Origin: an uncultured Pseudomonadales bacterium
GTDB lineage: Bacteria; Pseudomonadota; Gammaproteobacteria; Pseudomonadales; UBA7434
Direction of reading: 5' to 3'
DNA length: 64,000 nt
Assembly (NCBI GenBank): GCA_943787705.1
Contig: CALSNL010000001.1
Coordinates: 396,765 to 460,764 of the forward strand
In this document: positions 54,725 through 63,852 of the stretch, piece after piece
Layout: the number at the start of each line of letters is the position of its first letter
Position numbering within the stretch: the stretch's first letter is position 1
Made by a program: the position numbers and the translations under genes
Notes under the pieces: generated by a model
The model's input: only the letters and a program-made list of their open reading frames with translations
Told to the model about the DNA's origin: nothing
The model's database searches: none

Positions 54725-55882
54725 ATGCCTTATTGGCGTCTCTCAAGTTTTTATTTTTCTTATTTCGCCTTGTTAGGCGCAATCATTCCTTTCTGGACAC
54801 TGTATTTAAGTGATCTCGGTTTTGATCCATTAGAAATTGGCATGTTGGCTGCCATTATGATGGGGACCAAAATCGTATCGCCATATTTACTCGGTTGGTT
54901 AGCCGATAAAAGTCGACGACCAATGCGTGTAATACGCTGGTCAGCTTTCCTTTCCTTTGTTTTCTTTCTCGGTATGTTTTTATCTAGCGGCTTTTATTAT
55001 GTAGCGGTAATTATTGCGAGCTTCACTTTTTTTTGGAATGCAGTAATAGGTCAGTTTGAATCGGTCACGTTATCGCAGCTGGGCAAGCACCATTCGCAAT
55101 ATGGCAAAGTGCGCGCTTGGGGTTCTATTGGTTTTATAGTTGCCGTGCTAATCCTTGGTTGGCTTTTTAATACAATTGCTATTAGTTATTTGCCGATAAT
55201 TATGGCGGTATTATTATTCAGTATTTGGCTATGCAGCTTACTGGTTAAAGATCAAAGACATGATCAGATACAAGCGCATGACAAAGAAAGTACAGATGGG
55301 CTCTTTGATATTCTTAAGCGCCCAGCGGTTATCGCTTTTTTCTCAGCTTGCTTTTTATTGCAATTATCTCATGGTCCTTATTATACGTTTTACTCGTTAT
55401 ATTTAGCTGATATCGGTTATTCGAAATTGATTATTGGCTTGCTATGGGGCGCTGGCGTTGTTGCCGAGCTACTATTATTTCTCGTTATGTCTCGGATATT
55501 ACGTCGATTCACTGTTCGCGTTATCCTTTTAATTAGTTTGTTTTTCTGCTTTGTTAGATGGCCAATAATCGGGGTTTTTCCGGACTATTTAGCGGTGTTA
55601 TTAATGGCTCAAGTGATGCATGCATTCACCTTTGCGAGTTTTCATGCTGTGGCAGTTCAATGGGTTCGGCAAGCGTTTGGCAATGCTCATCAAGGGCAGG
55701 GGCAGGCGCTCTATTCTGCTGTAGGTTTTGGTGCTGGCGGCGCTGCTGGTGCATTGATTAGCGGGATTATCTGGAGCTATAACCCTTTGTTGGTTTGGTT
55801 GCTAGCTGGCATTGCTGGCGGCTTAGGCTTTATTATTATCTGGCGTTTTATTGCTGACATACCAACAGAGATTAGTTACTAG
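54725..55882 (+). CDS. MFS transporter (HcaT/PPP-like subfamily, substrate unknown)
   Basis: 12 hydrophobic segments, 385 aa. N-terminal YWRLSSFYFSYFALLG is typical of MFS_1_like proteins. Confidence 0.75.
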   Translation: MPYWRLSSFYFSYFALLGAIIPFWTLYLSDLGFDPLEIGMLAAIMMGTKIVSPYLLGWLADKSRRPMRVIRWSAFLSFVFFLGMFLSSGFYYVAVIIASFTFFWNAVIGQFESVTLSQLGKHHSQYGKVRAWGSIGFIVAVLILGWLFNTIAISYLPIIMAVLLFSIWLCSLLVKDQRHDQIQAHDKESTDGLFDILKRPAVIAFFSACFLLQLSHGPYYTFYSLYLADIGYSKLIIGLLWGAGVVAELLLFLVMSRILRRFTVRVILLISLFFCFVRWPIIGVFPDYLAVLLMAQVMHAFTFASFHAVAVQWVRQAFGNAHQGQGQALYSAVGFGAGGAAGALISGIIWSYNPLLVWLLAGIAGGLGFIIIWRFIADIPTEISY

Positions 55883-55893
55883 CTGTGCATATT

Positions 55894-55916
55894 AGGCATG
55901 CTTTATGCCTTTTTAT
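55894..55916 (+). terminator. rho-independent terminator
   Basis: aggcat gcttt atgcct followed by a T-run. Confidence 0.7.
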
Positions 55917-55938
55917 TAATCTATTAAAATAGATTTTG

Positions 55939-56862
55939 TCATATTTTTATAGGTGATAAAAGTTCGGTATCAGAGCCGTATTTTTTTACATACGCAGAGT
56001 TTAAACCGAGGCAATCTTCTGCTTTACACTGCTCACGATATTCACATTGATAAAAACCATTCTTAGAAAATTCATTCCAGAAATCATCATCAATGAAAAG
56101 CTGAGGCTGACCGTTGACAACCGTATGGCCATATTCTCCAAGCATGCAAACAGGAAAGTTTTTCACTTCTACTGTGCGTCCGTAACTAAAAGCTAGCTCA
56201 ATAGCTTCGCGTAAATAGGGAAGTATTTCAGCATGTGAAACCATTAAATCTTTTTTGTCATCTTCTTGCATGGGCCAATAAACCCAAAATTCCATTTGCA
56301 CTAACTGTTTTAAATGGCTGAGGCGTCTAACTAAGTCGGGTAACTGTCTATAGCTGTGTTGCGTGACAACTGTATTGGTAATAGAAATTGCATTTTCTAG
56401 GCTGTCAATATTCTCAAGACCTTTGACGGTTTTATCAAATGAACCACCAACAACCGTTATCATATCGTGAGTACTGGCATCAGAGCCGGCAACACTCACA
56501 AAGTATTCATCTACTCCCGCGGCATATAGAGTTTGACAATAGCTTTGTTGAGCTAAATGCATACCATGCGTCTGGATTCTAATATGCTCAAAACCTGAAG
56601 CTTTAGCTTTTCTTGCTAGCTCTGGAAGTTTTTTTGATAAAGTGATTTCAGAGCCGGTTAAGATTAAACCTCGCCATTGTTTGCGCTGCCGATTATAGGC
56701 CATGAGTTGGTCAAATTTTTCATCGGTTTCGGGCTTAAGTCGATCCATCGTGTCTTCTATCATGCAGTGCACACATTTTAGATTGCACCTAAACTCCATC
56801 GTCATAGAGACATACTGAGCATGATTAAATCGATCTTCATAGAGGCTTAATGTTTTATCCAT
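55939..56862 (-). CDS. radical SAM enzyme, unassigned subfamily
   Basis: CX3CX2C cluster FRCNLKCVHCM, a SAM-binding-like segment LILTGSEITL, and a C-terminal Cys cluster CEYREQCKAEDC (C-X5-C-X4-C). Confidence 0.85.
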   Translation of the reverse strand: MDKTLSLYEDRFNHAQYVSMTMEFRCNLKCVHCMIEDTMDRLKPETDEKFDQLMAYNRQRKQWRGLILTGSEITLSKKLPELARKAKASGFEHIRIQTHGMHLAQQSYCQTLYAAGVDEYFVSVAGSDASTHDMITVVGGSFDKTVKGLENIDSLENAISITNTVVTQHSYRQLPDLVRRLSHLKQLVQMEFWVYWPMQEDDKKDLMVSHAEILPYLREAIELAFSYGRTVEVKNFPVCMLGEYGHTVVNGQPQLFIDDDFWNEFSKNGFYQCEYREQCKAEDCLGLNSAYVKKYGSDTELLSPIKI

Positions 56863-56888
56863 TGAGGTAAGACCTATTTAACGGTGAG

Positions 56889-57752
56889 CTAAAAAAAACC
56901 ATAGTAAGCACTTTTAAGAATGTTGATATTTCCATCTTCCATGACATAGTCGATACCAACGTCATAGAGCATATGATCAAGTTGATCTCTGTTTTTTTCA
57001 GCATGCTCAATAATGGCTTTCGGATAATGACACTTTTTTAAAAACTGAATAAGTTGATCGATATTGATTCTAGAGAAATATATGCCATCATTATTTTTTT
57101 TGTTGGCGACTACAATCGTTTGGCAGTCTGTTAATTCTGGCCAAAGAAGCGATTTCAATGCTAGATGAGATAAATTGATATGAGCTGAGCAGGCAACTTT
57201 GCCAACAATATCATCCCAATGCTCTTGACGATCAAAAAAATAATAAAGGTTGCCGAGCTTGAGACCTTGATTATTAAGTGTATAACTTATACCTGAAGAG
57301 ACTGCATTACTTGGGTTGCCGATGTAAATATTGACTTCGTCGAGATTGCTAGCTTCATTAATCGTTTGTTCCGTGAGATCAATTGAAAACATGAAATACG
57401 GTTTATCATTATCAAAATGTAATGGGCAGCTGATCTCAGGTTTAATGATTTCAATGATACGTTCGAGCGATGCTTTTCGCTCCAATCGATTATAGTCATA
57501 AAAATACAATTCCCAGCTAATTTTGCCATTGGCAAATTTTACTCCCCAGACTGTCTGATTAGCTCCTAACTCTCGACGTATTTTATGGCAGAGACGAAGT
57601 GCTTTTTCGGAATTGGCATTCGATGTATTAAAAGATTGCTGCAAGAGATTGATAGAACGAATTTTCCCTTCAACATTACACAGCGGTGAGTACTCCCAAA
57701 GACAGAAATCTTTGAAGGTATCCTTGCTGTCACAATGTTCAAATGAGGGCAT
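56889..57752 (-). CDS. hypothetical protein (287 aa), co-operonic with the radical SAM gene
   Basis: Long ORF ending 26 nt upstream of the radical SAM start. I recognise no motif. It shows a repeated aromatic beta-strand-like pattern (WGVKFANGKISWELYFYDY, YFMFSIDL, NLYYFF, NILKSAYYGFF). Confidence 0.65.
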   Translation of the reverse strand: MPSFEHCDSKDTFKDFCLWEYSPLCNVEGKIRSINLLQQSFNTSNANSEKALRLCHKIRRELGANQTVWGVKFANGKISWELYFYDYNRLERKASLERIIEIIKPEISCPLHFDNDKPYFMFSIDLTEQTINEASNLDEVNIYIGNPSNAVSSGISYTLNNQGLKLGNLYYFFDRQEHWDDIVGKVACSAHINLSHLALKSLLWPELTDCQTIVVANKKNNDGIYFSRINIDQLIQFLKKCHYPKAIIEHAEKNRDQLDHMLYDVGIDYVMEDGNINILKSAYYGFF

Positions 57753-58012
57753 AAGCGGGCTGCGGTTTTTTATAATTAACGTTAGTTTTTATTTTGCAAT
57801 CTGGCTAAATCATAAAAGAATAATATCAGAATTGATGTGTTGTTGTGCATTCTATCGAGTAAAAGCTAAGTTAATTCGTTATAAAATATCAATATCACTT
57901 TATCTATTGCTGCTGGCTGATTAACATGTCAGCCTTTGTAGACATTATCTACTTTAGAATAATCAAAAAGTTAGGGCTGCAAAGTGAGCAATAGAGACAA
58001 AGGCGGAATATC

Positions 58013-58708
58013 TTGAGCATCTATCCAAATATTATTGCTATTTCTGGTTGCCCGGGTGGAGGTAAATCTTCATTGTGCCAAGCATTAGCTAGCCATTATT
58101 CCGTATCAGACGGCTTATCTTCGAGCCAGTTATTAACGGCTCCTGTGCCATTAGCTGAATCGGCATTAAGTATTATTCATTACGATCACTTTCAGCAGGT
58201 TACTGAGCAATCAATAGAGACACTTTCTAAATGGTCAGAAGAGGGGGGTGATTATGATGATTTAAAGCTCCCTTTACTTGAGCGTGCACTCAGTGAGATT
58301 AGTTCTGGTAGGGGGGTTGTAGACCCAGTGTCAGGGCTGGATATAAGTCCAACTAAGACTGTCTTTTTTGAAACGCCTTTAGGTCGAGATCATTCGAAGA
58401 CTGCGCAATATATCGATACGCTTATATGGATAGACACACCCCTAGATGTCGCATTAGCTAGAAATATAACAGATATTATTAGTCGTTTTGCTGAGTCTGT
58501 AAGGCTAAGCGATAGTAATAAAATACAGACGCTTGATTTTTTAGACTGGCAGAAAGGCTATGTTAGTCATTATTTATCGACTGTTCGTGAGCTACTAGTA
58601 TCACAAAGAGAAAAATCAATTGCGCAGGCTGATATTATCCTTGATGGTACCCAATCTATGGATAAAGTATTTGAGCAAGCTGTTGCTTTATTAGGTGAGT
58701 TTTCGTGA
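58013..58708 (+). CDS. P-loop NTPase, uridine-kinase/PRK-like nucleoside(tide) kinase fold
   Basis: Walker A AISGCPGGGKSS, with IIHYDHF and IWIDTPLDVALARN resembling the Udk/PRK layout. TTG start. Confidence 0.65.
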   Translation: MSIYPNIIAISGCPGGGKSSLCQALASHYSVSDGLSSSQLLTAPVPLAESALSIIHYDHFQQVTEQSIETLSKWSEEGGDYDDLKLPLLERALSEISSGRGVVDPVSGLDISPTKTVFFETPLGRDHSKTAQYIDTLIWIDTPLDVALARNITDIISRFAESVRLSDSNKIQTLDFLDWQKGYVSHYLSTVRELLVSQREKSIAQADIILDGTQSMDKVFEQAVALLGEFS

Positions 58709-59787
58709 CTAAAAGTAATGAGTTTTTACCTATAAATTCGAGCTATGACTATTTAATCGCGAATAGTTTCTTGCATGATTTTTCAATTACGCAGGCATTA
58801 TCTGCAGCGTTTAATATTCAACTTATTGATTTACTTTTAAGCCAGCAATCGCTAACAGTTAAAGAGCTAGTGTTTAAAACAAGTGCTGATACGCAGGGCA
58901 TGCAGTATCTATTGGGTATTTTAGTCGCAGGTAATATTGTTAGAAAAAATGGTAATAATGTTTCGTTATCTTTAGAGTTTAAACGCGCGCTGTCTTATCG
59001 CGACTTTATTGAAGCTCAGATAGCATTCGCTAATTTAGTTGCTGGCGATATAGTAAAGTTTTTTCCTTTACTGCTCGAAAGCAGTGAAAAATTTATGTCT
59101 GAAGCCGCCTTATTTGAACTGTTTGATTATAGCCGTGCTATAGAATTTTCTGAAGATAATTTGGCTTTTACGCGTCGTTGGATGCACTTCACAACAGCGC
59201 TAACGCGTTATGAAGGCAAGGTTTGCGGTAGCCATCATGACTTTAGTCACTACCAAACGATGATGGATATTGGTGGTAACAGCGGTGAGTTTGTTTTTCA
59301 GCTTTGTAGGCAGTTTCCTAACTTGCACGCTACCGTAGTTGACTTACCGTTGGTCTGTGATATTGGTCGCGGTCATGTCGATAAGCATCCTCAAGGCAAT
59401 CATCTAGCTGCAAGCACGCGGATTAATTTTTGTAAGGCCAACGCCTTGGTTGATACGTTGCCTGGTGGCTATGATTTAATTAGTTTTAAATCAATCCTAC
59501 ATGACTGGCCAGAACCAGCCGTACGCCAGTTTATTCGCAATTCGGTAAGCAGTTTGCGTCCTGGCGGAAAGTTACTTATTTTTGAGCGTGACCTAATAGA
59601 TCCGGCAGCTAATAACACAGCGTTCTTTTTACTACCGATGTTATTGTTCTTTCGATCTTTTAGGAATCCATGTCTTTATGAGCAGATTTTAAAAGAAGAA
59701 GGCTTTGTAGATATTCAAATTGATTATTTGCAGTTAGAAACACCATTTTTCCTATTAACTGCTGTTAAAGGAGATTCGCTTGAATAG
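58705..59787 (+). CDS. class I SAM-dependent O-methyltransferase (small-molecule OMT family 2 type)
   Basis: N-terminal winged-helix/dimerisation-like region, SAM motif I MMDIGGNSGEF, and later DLISFKSILHDW and GGKLLIFE. GTGA overlap with the upstream gene. Confidence 0.85.
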   Translation: MTKSNEFLPINSSYDYLIANSFLHDFSITQALSAAFNIQLIDLLLSQQSLTVKELVFKTSADTQGMQYLLGILVAGNIVRKNGNNVSLSLEFKRALSYRDFIEAQIAFANLVAGDIVKFFPLLLESSEKFMSEAALFELFDYSRAIEFSEDNLAFTRRWMHFTTALTRYEGKVCGSHHDFSHYQTMMDIGGNSGEFVFQLCRQFPNLHATVVDLPLVCDIGRGHVDKHPQGNHLAASTRINFCKANALVDTLPGGYDLISFKSILHDWPEPAVRQFIRNSVSSLRPGGKLLIFERDLIDPAANNTAFFLLPMLLFFRSFRNPCLYEQILKEEGFVDIQIDYLQLETPFFLLTAVKGDSLE

Positions 59788-60055
59788 CGCTCTAAGAGCG
59801 CAAAACAACTGTCTAGACGGTATCCCTGTTAGTACATAAGCATCTATTTAACATAATATACATTATGCGCATAGTTATGCATTACTTGTTAGAGGCCCAG
59901 CCTTCTATCTTTCATGTGAATCTCCTTATTAAAGTTAATTATCAGGCCAATAATTTCCTAATTAGCGCTATCTTGCTGCTCTCTGAGATTAAAAAAGGTA
60001 TTATCCGTAAGTTATTGAATTTTAAATAATCGACGCTATTCTTTAGCTATAGACT

Positions 60056-62095
60056 TTGATTGGCTTTGTGCCCTTTAGATCGTGTTATCCAATACTGAGA
60101 ACAGTAACATTGAAAGCTTTGACCAATAATTTATTTTCCGTTGCGAGCTACGGTCAGATTGCCGCTAAGATTTTGACTGTAAAGTTGCTAGCTGGCCTGT
60201 GCGTTTTCGCAGCTATGCTCGTGACGCTTGATGTTTACGCCCAAACTCAGGCTCAGATCAAAGCTACGCAACCTTCTGCTGATTCAGCCGATGTCCGTAT
60301 CAACATGAATAACGCTGAGATTCGCTCGGTTATTCAATGGGTCGCTGAAAAAACCAATAAAAACTTTATTATTGATCCTCGTGTTAAAGGCCGTATTTCG
60401 GTTCTGTCTAATCAACCCATGTCTATGGATCAAGCTTACCAAGTATTCTTAACGGCGCTCGATGTATACGGTTTTGCGGCTGTCGAGTCTGGTAACAACG
60501 TCAAAATAATACCTAACGCGCAAGCACGCTCTGCGGGCTTACCGATTGTTGAAACTTTTAATAACCCCGAAGCTGATAACTCAGAACTCGTGCTACATGT
60601 TATTAAAGTGAATAATATTTCTGCTAATGAGGTTGTCACCATATTGCGACCGTTAGTGCCTCAGACTGGTCATTTAGGCGCTTTTCCTAGCAGTAATAGC
60701 GTTATCATTGCCGATAGAGCCAATAATATTAATCGCCTATCTAAACTCGTTAGTTATATTGATAGCACGGGTGATCTTGATATTGAAGTTATTCAATTAA
60801 CGCATGCAACTGCTGATGATGTTGTCAGTGTGCTTCAGCCACTATTAAAAACCGGCAAAGCGGCCTCTGATGTTACTGGCATTAACTTTGCCACCGACGC
60901 TCGCTCTAACAGTATTTTAATGACGGGTAATGAAGATAAGCGCGCCCTCGTTCGTGATTTGATTGACAGTCTTGATAGACCCTTGCAAGGTACCGGCAAT
61001 ACCAAAGTCGTTTTTCTAAATTATATAGATGCTGATGAGATTAAGCCTATTCTTGATGGCATGACGGGCTCGATAAGCAAAGATGAAAAAAATGTTTCTT
61101 TAGTGGATGCGGATATTAATATCCAATCATCAGAAACCAATAATGCATTAATTATTACCGCGCCTCCTTCTATACTTGAATCGATAGAAACCGTTATTAC
61201 TGAGCTCGACGTTAAGCGCTCTCAAGTTATGATTGAGGCGATTATCGTTGAGGTTACCGATAGCTTTTCTAATACACTGGAGATTCTTTGGGGTACTTCA
61301 CCAACACTTAGCGGCGGCGTTAGCAGTGCTAATCTATTGGGCTCAACGACATCGACACTTGCTGTTAGTGATAATCCAGGTGCTGCATTGGTTCAGTCTG
61401 GTTTGAACTGGGGTTTCTTTAGAAACGGAAGCTTACGCTCCCTACTCCACGCCGTAGCCAGTGATAACAACAATAATGTGTTATCTACGCCGTCTATTAT
61501 TACGATTGATAACGAAGAAGCTGAAATACTTGTGGGAAGTAACGTGCCTTTTGTTACTGGCAGTCAAACATCAGCCGCAACATCAACGAACAATCCGTTT
61601 AGAACAATTCAGCGCGAAGATATTGGTATTACCCTTAAAATAACGCCTAAAGTGAGCAAGCAAAGAACTATTACACTGGCAGTTGAGCAAGAGGTTGAAT
61701 CCGTTCGTGAAGAGCAAATATCTGCGGCGCAAGATTTAATTACCGATAAGCGTAGCATTAAAACGAATGTGCTCGTTGATGATGGCACTATTTTAGTCCT
61801 CGGTGGATTAATTGAAGATCGCACAACGAGAAACCAGACAAAAGTACCTTTACTAGGTGACATTCCATTGCTCGGTCGATTTTTTAGCAGTGATACGAAA
61901 ACGACGAGAAAGCAAAACTTAATGGTTTTTATTAAAACAACTATTATTGATGACTTAAGTCTTGCTGAGAAGAAAACGCGCGAAAGTTATAACGATATAC
62001 GCGACAAACAAAAAGGTTTAGGTGATCGCAAAGAGAAGCTAACACTGCCTGATTTTGAATCTCAAAAGCCAGCTGATAAAGCTGCCGTCAATTAA
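60056..62095 (+). CDS. gspD: GspD-type secretin (type II secretion outer-membrane channel), orphan
   Basis: N0/N1-N3 domain pattern (INMNNAEIRSVIQWVAEKTNKNFIIDPRVKGRISV...) and a secretin core (VLSTPSIITIDNEEAEILVGSNVPF, VPLLGDIPLLGRFF). There is no in-frame ATG before the signal peptide. Candidate TTG starts are 60056, 60110 and 60173. Confidence 0.88.
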   Translation: MIGFVPFRSCYPILRTVTLKALTNNLFSVASYGQIAAKILTVKLLAGLCVFAAMLVTLDVYAQTQAQIKATQPSADSADVRINMNNAEIRSVIQWVAEKTNKNFIIDPRVKGRISVLSNQPMSMDQAYQVFLTALDVYGFAAVESGNNVKIIPNAQARSAGLPIVETFNNPEADNSELVLHVIKVNNISANEVVTILRPLVPQTGHLGAFPSSNSVIIADRANNINRLSKLVSYIDSTGDLDIEVIQLTHATADDVVSVLQPLLKTGKAASDVTGINFATDARSNSILMTGNEDKRALVRDLIDSLDRPLQGTGNTKVVFLNYIDADEIKPILDGMTGSISKDEKNVSLVDADINIQSSETNNALIITAPPSILESIETVITELDVKRSQVMIEAIIVEVTDSFSNTLEILWGTSPTLSGGVSSANLLGSTTSTLAVSDNPGAALVQSGLNWGFFRNGSLRSLLHAVASDNNNNVLSTPSIITIDNEEAEILVGSNVPFVTGSQTSAATSTNNPFRTIQREDIGITLKITPKVSKQRTITLAVEQEVESVREEQISAAQDLITDKRSIKTNVLVDDGTILVLGGLIEDRTTRNQTKVPLLGDIPLLGRFFSSDTKTTRKQNLMVFIKTTIIDDLSLAEKKTRESYNDIRDKQKGLGDRKEKLTLPDFESQKPADKAAVN

Positions 62096-62205
62096 AATTC
62101 ACTCATCGGGCGACAGTAATCAATACCCTCAAAATAAAAAACTACGTTGACTTAAAGTCGCGTCTTGATCAATTTGTCGAGAGCCATCTGCCATTAGGCC
62201 GTGCT

Positions 62206-62637
62206 ATGGGCCTTGAGGTTAGTCATTATGATGGTCAGTCTCTTTCGCTAACCGCGCCGCTAAATTTGAATGATAACGATAAAGGAACTGCTTTTGGCGG
62301 AAGCCTATATTGTGCGGCAGTTATGGCGGGATGGGGTTATTTTTATTTGCGGTGCCTGCAATATAATCTTAACGAGGGCGCGCCTAATATTGTTATCTCT
62401 AAATCTGATATTGAATATTTGGCGCCGGTAGATGCAAGTATTATTACAGCTACTTGCAGTGATGCTGATCCAGTAATATGGGATGGTTTCTTAAGCCGTT
62501 ACCAAGAGCGAGGCAAGGCAAAAGTACAGCTGTCTGCTACGATTATGGCCAACATAGATGGTGTAGAAAAAGCAGCCGTTAAGTTTACGGGCACTTTCGC
62601 TCTCATTGGTTTTACAAGCCCTACTCCCATTATTTAA
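62206..62637 (+). CDS. hot-dog fold thioesterase-like protein (YiiD C-terminal-domain type)
   Basis: APLNLNDNDKGTAFGGSLYCAAVMAGWG fits my recollection of the YiiD_C putative thioesterase family. The reading frame is open from 62080 but has no canonical start before 62206. Confidence 0.7.
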   Translation: MGLEVSHYDGQSLSLTAPLNLNDNDKGTAFGGSLYCAAVMAGWGYFYLRCLQYNLNEGAPNIVISKSDIEYLAPVDASIITATCSDADPVIWDGFLSRYQERGKAKVQLSATIMANIDGVEKAAVKFTGTFALIGFTSPTPII

Positions 62638-62644
62638 AAAAATC

Positions 62645-63841
62645 CTAACTTAAAACACCATTCACATAACTTACTCTTCGGTACTGCTGCTTCATTGAAT
62701 ACTCTAGTGCTTTCAGCTGATGCTTTAAATTATGTAAATCCAAAGACGCTTGCATGCTTTGAGATGCTTCTGCAAGCTGCTCTCTTTTCGCGAGTACCCA
62801 CTGTGAATGGGTTGCCTTCCAGTCATTGAGTAATTCAGTTAACTGCTGATGTTCATGGTCAATTTGTTTTTCTAGAGCTGTTCGCCAATGAATATATTCT
62901 ATGGCACCTATACGCATTTTTATGGTGTTAATAAAAGTAGGGTTTGTCAGTTTCTCTCGCGCTATTTCTAGCTGTCTGGCAACCATCGCTTGGCGAATTT
63001 TGAACTTAGGTGTTACTCGTAAATCAGAACTTAATCCAAGCCATGAGCTACTTTTAATTAACCACTTAGTAGGATCATAATGATACCAACGAACACCATT
63101 ACGGTAGTCATTTTGAAAGATATGATGGTAGTTATGATAACCCTCACCATAAGTAAGTAGCGCTAAAAAGCCATTATCGCGAGCCGTGTTAGTACTGCAA
63201 TAAGGTCTTCGGCCCCAGTAATGTGCAAGCGAATTAATAAAGAAAGTGGTGTGATGAGAGTAAACCAGTCGTAATACACCCATTAATAAAAAATAAGCCA
63301 AGTACTGACCGGTAATGGCTCCCAAAATAAGCGGCGGCATTATATTCATCAACAAGGCGATAGAATAATAGTATTTATGCTGCCACATAACGATTTTGTC
63401 ACGCTGTAGGTCTTTTGCATTACTAAAATCGTCAACGCCGTTTTCGTATTTACGAAGCATCCAACCGATATGTGAAAACCATAAGCCAAGATTAGCGGAG
63501 TAAGGATCTTTTTCGTTATCATCGACATGACGATGATGGCGACGATGTTGTGAACACCACACTAATATACTGTTTTGAAATGAGGCGGCACCAAATAATG
63601 CTAACAATACACGCATAAATGGATGCGCCTTATAGGCATTGTGTGCCCAGAGGCGGTGATAGCCAGCCGTAATAGCTAAGCCATTAGAGGCTGCGAATAG
63701 TAGAAAGGCTAGCCAGTGAGTCCATTCAAAGCCCACGGCTATTTGATACCAAGGCACAGCTATTAACGCGATTAAGCCTGTAATACTCAGCATTAACGCC
63801 GTTGGCCAAACAATACCCGGTTTTATTTTTTTATCTGACAT
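62645..63841 (-). CDS. acyl-CoA (delta-9 type) fatty acid desaturase
   Basis: Three His boxes (HRLWAH, HRRHHRH, HNYHH) and N-terminal TM hairpins. Confidence 0.9.
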   Translation of the reverse strand: MSDKKIKPGIVWPTALMLSITGLIALIAVPWYQIAVGFEWTHWLAFLLFAASNGLAITAGYHRLWAHNAYKAHPFMRVLLALFGAASFQNSILVWCSQHRRHHRHVDDNEKDPYSANLGLWFSHIGWMLRKYENGVDDFSNAKDLQRDKIVMWQHKYYYSIALLMNIMPPLILGAITGQYLAYFLLMGVLRLVYSHHTTFFINSLAHYWGRRPYCSTNTARDNGFLALLTYGEGYHNYHHIFQNDYRNGVRWYHYDPTKWLIKSSSWLGLSSDLRVTPKFKIRQAMVARQLEIAREKLTNPTFINTIKMRIGAIEYIHWRTALEKQIDHEHQQLTELLNDWKATHSQWVLAKREQLAEASQSMQASLDLHNLKHQLKALEYSMKQQYRRVSYVNGVLS

Positions 63842-63852
63842 CTTATAACTCG

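Noticed and set aside
57613-57924. 103-aa ORF spanning the start of the 287-aa gene and the divergent promoter
   Set aside because: Most of it is antisense to the 5' end of the 287-aa gene. Only its last 29 codons (from ATG 57835) are intergenic, and those are reported separately as a low-confidence micro-ORF.
55939-58708. Radical SAM + nucleotide-kinase-like pairing as a prokaryotic viperin (pVip) antiviral module
   Set aside because: - Beyond the CX3CX2C motif, the radical SAM protein shows none of the viperin-like sequence I can recall.
- The kinase-like gene is on the opposite strand, coupled to an O-methyltransferase.
- This cannot be supported from sequence alone.
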